From Podarcis bocagei (Eukaryota), in NCBI GenBank assembly GCA_964188305.1, contig OZ076886.1: a DNA stretch of 64,000 nucleotides. One strand, written 5' to 3'. Of this stretch, positions 38,401 through 50,930 are shown one piece after another. A program made the translations under genes and the position numbers. Every line of letters starts with the position of its first letter. Position 1 is the first letter of the stretch. The notes under the pieces were generated by a model, which had not been told where the DNA came from, did not search any database, and was given only the letters and a program-made list of their open reading frames with translations.

Positions 38401-41400
38401 GTCTCTTTCTGAAGCAGCGGCGAAACGAGTTAAAGGATATCTTAGAAAAGCTGGATTTTTACAACCCGGTATGGCGGCAATAATTTCAATGCGCAAGGCT
38501 GTTCATACAAGGCCAAAGTATAACTTCTCGGTAGCTTTCCCCTTGTTTGTAATGTAAATTGTGTTTGGATGTTCTGATTTTCCTTTTAAACCATAGAAAC
38601 AAAGCCAACACAAATCACAGCACATTTTCTCCCCCTACTCCCTTTCCCTCGAGTTAAGGACCTGGATGGCCTGGAAGTTGTAAGCAAAAATCACCCATAC
38701 ACCAGTGTAACGGCAGAGAGTCTGTCCTCCTTAGCAGAAGAAGAAGAAGAAGAAGAAGAAACTAGAGAATTTCCTGAAGAAAAACACTGGTTAGTAGTGT
38801 TTGGCTGAGGGCGGGTAGATGAGAGGCCTGGAACAAAGCCTGACTTTGTGAGGACAGCATGGTTTCCCCAAACCCGTATTTCCCATAAAACATTCATTCT
38901 GGGGCAGCAGGTATTTGCAGGGCGGGGGAATTAGTGAGTGCAAGGGACCGCTTAACCTTTTCCCCACCCTCCAATTCTTCTATGCAACACCCTCCCCATT
39001 TTATTTTACTTTACCCATTCAGGCTCTGAAACCCAAAGTGAGTTGGGGCTTGGCTCTCCTCTTCTTCTCTTGATGACATGCCTTATATATCTCCATATTT
39101 GATTTAAAGTATGTACCCCTCCAGCAGTGGCCTGCACGCAACAATTCTTCATTTAAGAAAACTCTTTAAGTTAGTGAGTTTTTGGTCACTTTGGTTACCA
39201 AGAGAAGAAATTACCGATCAGAGACAAAAAAAATTGACTAAATCTTGCTGAGCTACATAATTGACCTTGAATGATTTTCATTTTCATCATGATTTTATTT
39301 TTTTGCTGTATTTATTAGGGACCCATTAGCAAAGTACCCAGATGTGGTTTCAGCACCAGTGTTGGGCCCGTCTCTGAAGTTCTGCGAACAACCGGCTCGC
39401 TGGATCAACACCACTTCTGAAGAGGTGGGGGGCTTGTCGTGGTTGGCATCCGTCTGTCTCGAGAGTGCGCCTTTGGGGGGTGAAGTCAAACCGTTGGAAG
39501 GGAACTGCTGCCTCCTGCATTGTTCTTGCTGCGTTTGCAGTACCAAAGGGACCTCTCCAGGGTGCAAGCCCTGGGCAGTGTGGATGGAGATCCTGGGCTG
39601 CCCAGGCGGCAAGACCCCTCCCTCAGCCTCGCTGATGTGGTCCAAAGCAAAGGAAAGCATTACATTTGACACCGGCTTGGCTGCAGGAGTTGCCACTCTG
39701 GAAGTGTAAAAGATGCCATCCAGCTGCCATAAGGACTCCACTCTGGATTTGCGTCGGGCTTATTCCTTAGCCTTTTCTTCTCCCAAAGATGTCCCGCGAA
39801 GCAGTGAGCAGTTTACTCCCAAAGCCTTTCTCACGAATGAGTACAATCTCAAGTCAGTGGAGGTTTAGGGTCAGAGTTTTCCTTCTCCTAGACCAGGGGT
39901 CAGCAAACTTTTTCAACAGGGGGCTGGTCCACTGTCCCTCAGACCTTGTAGGGGGCCGGACTATATTTTTTTTTGGGGGGGGAATGAACGAATTCCTATG
40001 CCCCACAAATGATGCCCCACAGAGATGCATTTTAAATACAGTGGTACCTCAGGTTACATACGCTTCAGGTTACAGACTCCGCTAACCCAGAAATAGTAAC
40101 TCGGGTTAAGAACTTTGCTTCAGGATGAGAACAGAAATCGTGCTCTGGCGGCGCAGCAGCAGCAGCAGCAGGAGGCCCCATTAGCTAAAATGGTGCTTCA
40201 GGTTAAGAACAGTTTCAGGTGAAGAACGGACCTCCGGAACGAATTAAGTACTTAACCCGAGGTACCACTGTAAAAGCACACATTCTACTTCTGTAAAAAC
40301 ACCACAAATAATCCAGAGATGCATTTTAAATAAAAGGCCACATGTTTTTACTCATGTAAAAACATGCTGATTCCTGGACCGCCTGAGAAGGCGATTGGGC
40401 CGGATCTGGCCCCCGGTCCTTAGTTTGCCTACCCATGTCCTAGATGGGCTGCCTTCCCAGGTTGATGAGCCCCACCTGCCCCTCAATTCCCTCTACAGCA
40501 CGTGCAGAAACTGCCTTCTTGACCGTTGGACCCGCTGTTGGTCTCATTCACTCAATCCACCTGCCTTCGCATGCAGGAGATGCAAGAAGTCCCTAACTCA
40601 CCAAGGGTTTAAGACCCATCGGCTACCCTCACCTGGTCTAGCTGACAGGTTTAAGCTGATTTCGGGCATGTGATCATTTGTTGCATGCTGACAGCTTCTA
40701 GGAGCTGGAGGTACGAGGGCAGGAAAGAGGTAGGCTAGGTTTTTAAAATCGTCCCCAAATCCATGCTGCCCTCCAGATATTAGTGGACTCCAACTCCCAT
40801 CAGTCGCAGCCTGCATGGCTAAGGGTGAGGGATGATGGGAGTTGTAGTGCACAATGTTTAAAGGGCACCTTGTTAGCCGCTCCTACTCTAGCCTTGTGTC
40901 TTGTTTCCATTCAGTTTGTAATCATGTAAGGGTACCCAGTGATGCAACAAAAGCTGCCTTCCAAGGCAGATCCTTTCCATGTGCTTTGAAGAATGTTCAA
41001 AATGTTCATGGGTGTCACATTTTCTGGGTTTTTGTTTGCCGAAAGAGATGTAACAGAATCAGGAAGCAGCACTGGCTTTGGCCCTGAGCTGCTAAGGTTT
41101 TTTGGGGGGTAGGGCAGTGTGGTCATCCCAGGCAAACTTGACGATTTCTGGCATCCTTATGTTTTGTTTGCTTTCGGCCCAATAGGGTGAAATTGGCATC
41201 GCTGCCCGGGTCACCTTTGAAATTCTAGTAGGTGAGAAAGCTGAATCTCTGCTCACTGTGAGCAATGACGGCACGGCTGCCATCTGGTATGATTGGCGAA
41301 GGCTGCCTCAACCCTTTAGCTTTCAAGAGAAAAAAAGGAAAGACATGCAGAATTTTTACTTCAACACCAGATCAGGTAGGTGATTCCTCCTCCTGTCCCC

Positions 41401-44400
41401 AGTCGACATTTGCAGCATCGATAAAAATGCCAAGTGCAGGCAGACAGGCAGGAGAACCTCCTTAGGAGGTTGAATTGAGCATAACAGTTCTGATCTCAAG
41501 TATAAGTTTGATCGTCTTTGTGCCCTGGTGGTAGCTAGCAGGTCATCTTAGCTGCTTAAAGAGGAAGAGAGGCTGAGAGTGGAATTCAATGTTGTGATCT
41601 TATAGTCATTCCATCTGTGCAAACATGACTCCCCTACTTCCACTCCTCCCTGTGCACTATTCTAGGGTTTCTCCTAACCCACCCAGAGCTAATTTCTGGG
41701 AGTGGCTTCTGACTGTGCTTGTTAGGTGACTCCCGCCTTCCACCCATTCTATTTGCATGTGGTACTTCTGTGGCCGGGACGCGGGTGGCGCTGTGGGTTA
41801 AACCACAGGTCGGCGGTTCGAATCCCCGCGATGGGGTGAGCTCCTGTTGCTCAGTCCCTGCTCCTGCCAACCTAGCAGCTCGAAAGCACATCAAAGTGCA
41901 AGTAGATAAATAGGTACCGCTCTGGCGGGAAGGTAAATGGCATTTCCGTGCGCTGCTCTGGTTCGCCAGAAGCGGCTTAGTCATGCTGGCCACATGACCC
42001 AGAAGCTGTACACCGGCTCCCTCGGCCAATAAAGCGAGATGAGCGCCACAACCCAAGAGTCAGCCACGACTGGACCTAATGGTCAGGGGTCCCTTTACCT
42101 TTACTTCTGTGGCCAGGCATTGAGGCAAAGGGGATCCTCCTGGGTGCCAAATGAAGAAAAGCTGTTGGATGTTGTAGAGTCACATGGGTGTACTTCAACC
42201 AGATGGTTAGGATCCTGACCATTTGTGCCTAGAGCCTAGTGTCAAAAGTTTGCAGTCGGTTGGATGTGTTTTGTCCAAGGCCAGGTCATTATGCACTGAC
42301 TAAAGCGATTCTGCTGAACTCTGCCTAATACGTCCCGGTCCAAGGAGCATGATATGTATAAGACAAAATTAAGAGGAAGGCTGACACCAGAGGATGAAGA
42401 TTATATGCAGTATCCTGGCAAAAGGCCACCTAATAAACTGAAATCATTGTCTTCCTTCTATTCCTCCTTGGGCCATTTCGCACACTACACAACGACAAAG
42501 GCACACTTAGTGGCGCCTCTACATGAAATAGGGGGCTGTGGTCCATCCTTGAGGACTCTTGCTTGTTGATAGATGGGGATATGAATCTGAAGATATGTGA
42601 ATGAAAACTAAAGCAATGTGTCAAGTGGCTGTCAGAGGAGTTTCCTTGCCAGTGGAAACTGCAATGCATCCCTGTTCCCTTCTGTTCCTGTTAGGCGTTA
42701 TCCTACCTAGAGAAACCAGGAAGTTTTCTTTCATCTTCAAGGCGATTAATGCAGGCATCTTCACAGAATCCTGGGAGTTTGGCACTCGTCCTGTGTTGTT
42801 AGGAGGTGCTATGTTGCAAGTGACCCTGTGGGGAATTGCTGTGTATGAAGATATATCAGCTGATCTCAGGAACGAGATAGAGGTAATCAAACAGGGGCTG
42901 CGAACATTGTGGGTTATCGGGTGCTCTAAGGTTAGATGTCTTTTGTGAGATGAGTAGGCTTGAGCACACATTCTGTTTGCCCACGGGGAAAGATACCTTC
43001 CTTGTCATGGTCACACGGATGAAAGAATGCCATCGGGGATTTCCTTAGAGCAGGGTTGGTTAGCCTGTGACCCTCCAGGTGTTGCTGGAAACTACGGCTC
43101 CCATCATTCCTGACCATTGGCCATATTGGCTGGTCCTGAGGGAAGTTGAGTCCCTCACCACCAAGTCCTTCACTGTCACTGAAAGATTCAGGACTATGCC
43201 TCTCTTCCGTAGGGTACAGTTTGCATGCAAGCCTGCAGTTCTCACATGTTACCCTGGATCTTTTGACATTAAGACTTGATTGCGCTCCAGATTTTGGCAC
43301 CCCCAGAGTTAAAAAAAGCGCACTTTATTGTCTCGGGGGAGAGTGAAGAGCTGGGCTTGCCTGAGAGGAAGGGGTCTTCAGCTCTTGTCTCTTCAGTATC
43401 CAAAAGCTTCCTGGTTGCTGAGGTGAAAAGCATCAACTTTTGCCCAACTCGGGCTTAAAAATTAAAAACAAGAACAAAGACTTCCAATCCTGTCAGGAAA
43501 GGTTTGTCCTCAATCTCTTGAGAAGTGGTTTCTAAAAATACATCTTCATTCTGCCCTCCAGTTTGGTGGGGGAGAAATAGATCAAGCTATCTTTGGGGCT
43601 TTTCTGGAAGGAACCTCAGACCATTGAAACTTCTTGATTAGTTAAGGTGTGGAGGTAGGAGCAGCAAGGAAGGAGTGACATTTTAGGTGATCTTATCTTG
43701 GCTTAGCACTCCCAGGAGGAGATTACATTTACAAGTGATAAGAGAAGGTGGCAGTGAAGGGGACAGTGATCAACGGGCTCAGCATGAGCAGTTGCAACTC
43801 AGCTTGCTAGTGTTCCTTGGCTGACTATAATGGACTGTTCCCTTTTTGCCTCTCCAGGCCAAAGCAGAACTTCCAGCCAGGACCAGGGAGACCAGAGTTT
43901 AAACCTCCACTCATTCATGAAGCCCATTAGGTGACCTTGGGCCACTCACACTTTTACAGTGACATTGTGAGGCTGGCTGGGCAGAGATGCTGAAATAGAA
44001 GGGAGAGAAACAGTCTCCCCATAGCCCTTGTTCATCTGGGCAGTGGCAGAGGGCAGAGTTTCCTTCCTCTTTGCTTCTGCCGCCCTGAGGCGACATTGCA
44101 TGTTTATGTATTTATCTCTCCATGTGCCTCAGCAACAGGAATGTGCATACCCAAACTTCCATGTGCTTTTCTTGGAAATCGCAGGAAGAGCTAGAAGCCC
44201 GGGAAGTTGCTGTCATAGTGGAAGAGAATCTGAAGGACCTGCTTGATCGAATCCGTGTGCCAGAGCGACCACGGTCTCCTCACGATGCGTATGTCACAGA
44301 GGAAGAGCTATTCCACAGAATGAACCCAGAGGTATCTTTCTGCTTTGGAGTGAGAGGGTGCTGTTGGTTTTTTATGGGTCAGGGTGTCAGGAATTAGCTT

Positions 44401-47400
44401 TAGGGTACATGCGCTGCACTCCTGTCTCTATTTAGAAGTGTGTGCCACAGAGTTACATGGTACTTACTCCTATCTAAGTGTATACAGGACTGTTGGCTTA
44501 GTCACTGAGGCCTGGAGGACGGGGCTCAATGTTACAGTGGTACCTCAGGTTACATATGCTTCAGGTTAAAGACTCCACTAACCCAGAAATAGTGCTTCAG
44601 GTTAAGAACTTTGCTTCAGGATGAGAACAGAAATTGTGCTCTGACGGCGCGGGAGCAGCAGGAGGCCCCATCAGCTAAAGTGGTGCTTTAGGTTAAGAAC
44701 AGTTTCAGGTTAACTACGGACCTCCGGAACGAATTAAGTACTTAACCTGAGGTACCACTGTACTTTAAAAACTGAGGAACATTCCTTATTGAGGAACATT
44801 TGTATTTCTGTTGCCTAATGGCTAGAAGGAAGAGTTTTGAACTTTGAAAGGATTGTGGACTTTAGTGACACAGTCCCCCTCCCCTAAGAGGAGCTGTAGC
44901 TGCTGTTTCCAGAACTTAGCCAGCATACTCTCAGTCTGTTAATCATGAGAATCTTAAATCTCGGGCTTATGCTTTCGAGCCCCACGTTGGGCAAAAGATT
45001 CCTGCATCACAAGGGGTCCCTTCCAGCTCTACAATTCTGTGATTCTATACTGCTCCTGTCAGGTGATTTCAGGGAAGAAACTAGGCCAAGATGTAGTTTA
45101 ACAAAGGAACAGCTTTATTGTAAGAGAACATGATTCACTGCCACAGAGCCACCTATAGTTGAAGCAGCAATCGTTAACTCTACATCACAACTCCCATGGC
45201 AGATCTGGGAGCCATTTTTTATTTATTTATATTGGGCTGGCATATCAAGTTCTATCCTAAAATGGGATTTCTACATCATGGAATCTATCGGAATCTGTTT
45301 AAGTGTGTTAATATCATAGCGTATTTAATCCTTCCTTACTGTCCTTATCTTCTGAATACCAGTTGTTGGGCCTTGCAAGTAGGGAAGGTGCTCTTGTTTT
45401 GGGGTCCTGCTTGTTGGGGTTCCCACGAGCATCTGGTTGGCTACGGTGAGAAGAGAGTGATGGACCAGAGGGTTCTTCCCTTATCTTCTTCCCTTATCTT
45501 CTCTCGCTTTCAGTTGTACTACCAGCACCAAGTGGTAAAGGAGCTGTATGAGCTGTGGAATAAACTCATGAATCCTCCTCCATACGAGGAGGAGATGAGG
45601 AAAAGCATCACTACCCAAGAAGAAGCCTCTCTACCCAAGAGTGGTGGGGAGTCTCGGCAGAAGAGTCCCGACGAATTGCCCCGTAAGAGTGTGTCCCCAG
45701 ATGATTCTTCGGTGAGGAAGTCCATGGTGGAGGAGCTGGCCGGCGAGCTGAGTAGGTCTGATGTGGAGGACGTCAACCGAATGGAGGACATCAACCGAGT
45801 GGAGTGGAATCTGTCCATCTTTGATTTCAAACAGGTGCTTGATTCGGGTGTTCCTTACTTCTCCTGGCTCTGCCCTGTTCCTAGAAAGCCTCGGCCTTGT
45901 TATCAACATATCCAAACTTTTTGTTTATTGAAGGCAGCTAGATTGAAAGAAGAATCAGTGTCTAGGACTTGAGACACTGGAATGTGGTGTGTACAAACAT
46001 GCTGTCTTAAGACGCTTGCACGAGTAATTCCGGAAGAGCAATGCATCGTTAGTTCTATTTCCCAGTGGTTGTCTTTATTTTCCAAGCCAGCTTCCAGAGA
46101 TCCAGCCCACTTCCAATGCTATTATCTTCATTAGAAACTCAAATGCAAATATGGCTTTTCATATGTTTAGTCCCATGTCATTTTTTTAAGGTGGATGCCA
46201 AAAGGGAGAATCCCTGTATCCAGCAAATGCAGATCTTGTGGTTCAGTCATTCAGTAAAGGGATGCGGGTGGTGCTGTGGTCTAAACCACTGAGTCTCTTG
46301 GGCTTGCTGATCAGAAGGTCGGTGGTTCGAATCCCTGCAACGGGGTTAGCTCCCATTGCTCTGTCCTAGCTCCTGCCAACCTGGCAGTTCAAAAGCACGC
46401 CACTGCAAGTAGATCAGTACCGCTGTGGTGGGAAGGTAAACAGCCTTTCTGTGCGCTCTGATTTCCGTCACGTTGTTCTGTTGCACCAGAAGTGGATTAG
46501 TCCTGCTGGCCACATGACCCGGAAAGCTGTCTGTGGACAAACGCCAGCTCCCTTGGCCTGAAAGCGAGATGAGCGCTGCAACCCCATAGTCACCTTTAAC
46601 TGGACTTAACCATCCAGGGGTCCTTTCCCTTGGACAGGGGAGTGTTGGAGGTGTGGAAGCATTACAAGGCTGAGACCAGAGGCTGCTAGAGGTGGGGCAG
46701 CTCTTTTGCCCAAATTTTTCATTCTACCGGGCATGGTGATCTTGGTCTGGCCGTGGATAGCCAGGAACATTTGGTGTTACTAAACCGAGAAATGTTGGCT
46801 GTGATTTCTCTCTCGTTAGACTTTGCTGACAATCCCCGAGGAAGAGGAACGAGAAGCTGCCCTGGCCCAGCTCAATAAAGCAGCCTTGGAGCTTTGTTAT
46901 CCACCAGTGATGCCTCAGACAGATCTCCTTTACCAAATATGGTATGTTGTGGGTGCTTGCAAAGCAGGGATGGGGGACCCTGTGGCCCTTGATATGTTGC
47001 TGAAATCCAACTCCCATCAACCCCAACTAGCATGGCCACTGGCAAGGGAGAAGGGGAGCTGGAGTTCAGCAACATCTGGAAGGTCAAAGGCTCCCCACAA
47101 CTGCTGTAAAGGATTGATTTTGTCCACCAGACACCTTACGCTAGCTGATTGGTAACATTGTCAGCCAAATTAGAATTGATCAGGGGTCTGGAAACCAAGC
47201 CATATGAGGAACAGTTGAAGGAACTGTGTGTGTTAACCTGGAAAAGAGAAGACTGAGAGGAGGTACAATAGCCATCTTCAAATATCTCAAGAACTGTCAC
47301 ACGGAAGAGGGAACAAGCTTGGGAGGGTAGGACATGAACCAATGGCTTCAAGTTACAAGAAAGGAGATTCCAACTAAACATAAGAAGAACTTTCTGACAG

Positions 47401-50400
47401 TAAGAGCTGCTCTACAATGGAACGTTCTCCTTCAGGAGGTTGTGGACTCTCCTTCCTTGGACGTCTTTAAGCAGAGGTGGTACGGCCATCTGCCATGGAT
47501 GCTTTAGCTGAGATTCCTGCATTGCAGGGGATTGGACTAGATGGCCCATGGGGTCCCCCAATTCTACGATTCTGTTATCCCCTCCAGAAGCAAACCCAAA
47601 TGCTATGTAGAGTAGAGAAGAAGCTGGGGCTCCCAACAGGTGGGTTGATCCATGTTAAGAGGAGGAAAGGTATTTTGGGGTGCTGGGTGGCTCACAGTTG
47701 TCTTCGTTCTTAAGCCAATTCTAGATGCAGTTGGGTTTGTTTATTTATTCCACAGTCCCTTCTTCCAAGGAGTTCAGGGAAGCATGTATTGCTCTTCTCC
47801 TTCCTCCATTTCCCGCCCCTTGCAACAACCTTCTTGATCGGCCTGACAGATGGTGACTGGCCCCAGGTCATTGACTTGAGCTGGGTAGTTAGTTGGACCG
47901 AGCTGATGGTAGTTGGAATGTGACAACACTTGGAGCTTCCTTTTCCTGCCTTGTCGCGTTAACATGGGGCAGCTCCTGCTAGTTTCAGGCTGCCTTTGGT
48001 TCTGAAAAACCATTGAAAAACAGGTAGCAACGTTCTGTTGCTTTCTCAGGCCCTCCTCCTCCTCCGACTTAAATTAGTTCCTTTTTCATTGCAGTTTCCA
48101 GTTGTGGCGTGAAGTGATCGATGGTCTGGTGAGCCGTTCGCTGGTGCTCAGGTCGCTGCTTGGTATGCCTGAGAAGGATACTTACGTAGAAATTGTTCCA
48201 GAGGAAGTAGGTGAGCTATTGTGTCATCGAAGGGGATCTTTCTGTGGAGCTTGGCAGAATCTGGAGAGGCCAGGAGTGCAGCCTGCCAATCCAGCTATGT
48301 AGTTAATGACCTCATCACGCTAGGATGTTAGGATGGAATGCGAGTGGCGCTGTGGTCTAAACCACTGAGCCTCTTGGGCTTGCTGATCAGAAGGTTGGCG
48401 GTTTGAATCCTCGCAACTGTTGCTCTGTCCCAGCTCCTGTCAACTTAGCAGTTCGAAAGCATGGCAGTGCAAGTAGATAAACAGGTACCGGTGCGGCGGG
48501 AATGTAAATGGTGTTTCCATGCGCTCTGGCTTTTAACCGTCCAGGCCTCCTTTACCCTTTACCTTTTACCATGCTAGGTTGTTATGCCAGTGTTGTTGTT
48601 GTTGTCATTAAGTTCACTTCTTTCTTTCTTTTGAATATATTTTTATTGAACAATTTTAGCAATAACCATTTACATTCCCCCCCCTTTGCCCCCTCCCCTA
48701 CTCCCTCTCCCCCCCCCAGGACTTCCCTCAGCTCCCCTCCCTGGTTTCTTTGAACATATTATCCTCTGCATATTATAAAATTGTAAATATCATTGCCTTA
48801 TCTATCATATATTCAACTGATAACTTTGTGGATGTTTATTCAAAACCTGCCAAGGAGTCTAAGTTGTTTTGTTGTTTTTTTAGATAATTTGTAAAAAGGT
48901 CCCATTCTTCCTTGAAGTCACGATTGTCCTTATTACGCAGTTTGTATGTCAGCTTAGCCAATTCCGCATAGCTCATCAATTTTTCTTGCCACTGTTCTTT
49001 CATTGGGATTTCCTCATTCTTCCATCCTTGTGCTAACAAGACACTTGCCACTGTCGTAGCATACATAAATACATTCTTTGGGGTTTTTTGGCAGGTCTTG
49101 TCCTACAATCCCTAACAAAAATGCTTCAGGTTTCTTTATAAATGTTATTTTAAACATTTTAAAAAATTCATTGTATATCATTTCCCAAAAAATTTTAACT
49201 TCTACATTCCCACCACATATGATAAAAAGTACCTTCTTTTTCTTTACATATTCAGCATGTGTTCGACCCGGTTTTGTACATTTTTGCTATTTGTACTGGT
49301 GTGATATACCATCTGTACATCATTTTCATATAAGTAGTTTTCTTTCAAAAGAGAACAATCTGTAAATTTCAGATCTACTTCCCACAATTTCTCCCCGTCC
49401 TCAAGTTGTATATTATGACCTATATCTTGTGCCCATTTGATCATAACTGATTTGACCTTCCCATTCTAGCAGAATACTATATGCGCTTTCTCCAGCAGCT
49501 TCACTTCTTCTATAACTTCCTTTTGAAATCTGGAAGTTGTATAACTAAACCCTTTTTTGTTATCTTCTTTATACATTTTTATAATTGTCTATAATGCAGC
49601 CAATTCTGAAAATGGTCTTTAATTTCCTCATAATCTTTTAACTTCCATTTCCCTTCTTGATCTCTCAATAACTCTCTACAGTGGTGCCTCGCAAGACGAA
49701 CGCCTCGCAAAATGAAAAACTCGCAAGACGAAAGAGTTTTCTGTTTTTGAGTCATTCCGCAAGACGAATTTCCCTATGGGCTTGCTTCGCATGAAGAAAG
49801 CCCATAGGGAAATCTCCGGGGACCTCTTTTAAAATGCTGGCGGTCGGGAGCAAAGACTTTCGCCCACCGCCGGCCTTCAGAAGAGGTCCTGGACCTCTTC
49901 TGAAGGCCGGCGGGGGGCAAAAGTCTTTGCTCCCCCCCCCGTCTGCCTTCCGGGGACAGCGGAGACTTCTCCGCTGTCCCGGGCGATTTTAAAATGCTGG
50001 CGGGCGGCAGCGAGGCCTTCACTGCCGACCCCCAGCATTTTAAAAGCCCCCGGGGCAGCGGAAACTTCTCCGCTGTCCCGGGCGATCTTAAAATGCTGGC
50101 GGGCGGCAGCGAAGCCTTCGCTGCCGCCCGCCAGCATTTTAAAATCGCCCCGGGACAGCGGAGGCTTCGCTGCCGCCCGCCAGCATTTTAAAATCGCCCC
50201 GGGACAGCGGGGGCTTTTAAAATGCTGGTGGTCGGCAGCAAAGCGCTCCTGTCCCCGGAGCTTGCGGGGCGGGAGGTGGGGAGAAGGGCTTTTCTTCCCA
50301 CCGCCAGCCTTCAGAACAGCCTTCTGAAGGCTGGCGGTGGGAAGAAAAGCCCTTGTTCCCCCCCCCAGCCTTCAGAAGAGGTCGGGGGACAGACTGTCCC

Positions 50401-50887
50401 CGGACCTGGTCTGAAGGCGGTTTCCATAGGAACGCATTGATTGATTTTCAATGCATTCCTATGGGAAACCGTGCTTCGCAAGACGAAAAACTCGCAAGAA
50501 GAAAAAACTTGCGGAACGAATTAATTTCGTCTTGCGAGGCACCACTGTATATGTAGGCTACTTCCCTTTTTTGCCAAGCGGTTTGAGCAATGAAGCTTCA
50601 ATTGATGATAACCACCAGGGTGTTTTTTTGTTCTATTAAATCTTTGTACCTCTCCCACACCCTCATTAGCTATCTTCTGATTGTATGATTGTAAAATCCT
50701 TTATGCACTTTTCTTTTCCCGGTCATTAAGTTCATTTCTATGACGCTTTATATTTTTAAGAAAAACATCTCAGAGTTGTTTACAACCTACATTGAATCTG
50801 GGGACACTTTTCAACTTCAATGGATTTTGAATGGGCACTGATTTGTAAATCTGGGGACTGTCCCTGGGAAACAGGGACATCTGGGTA

Positions 50888-50930
<43 letters not shown>

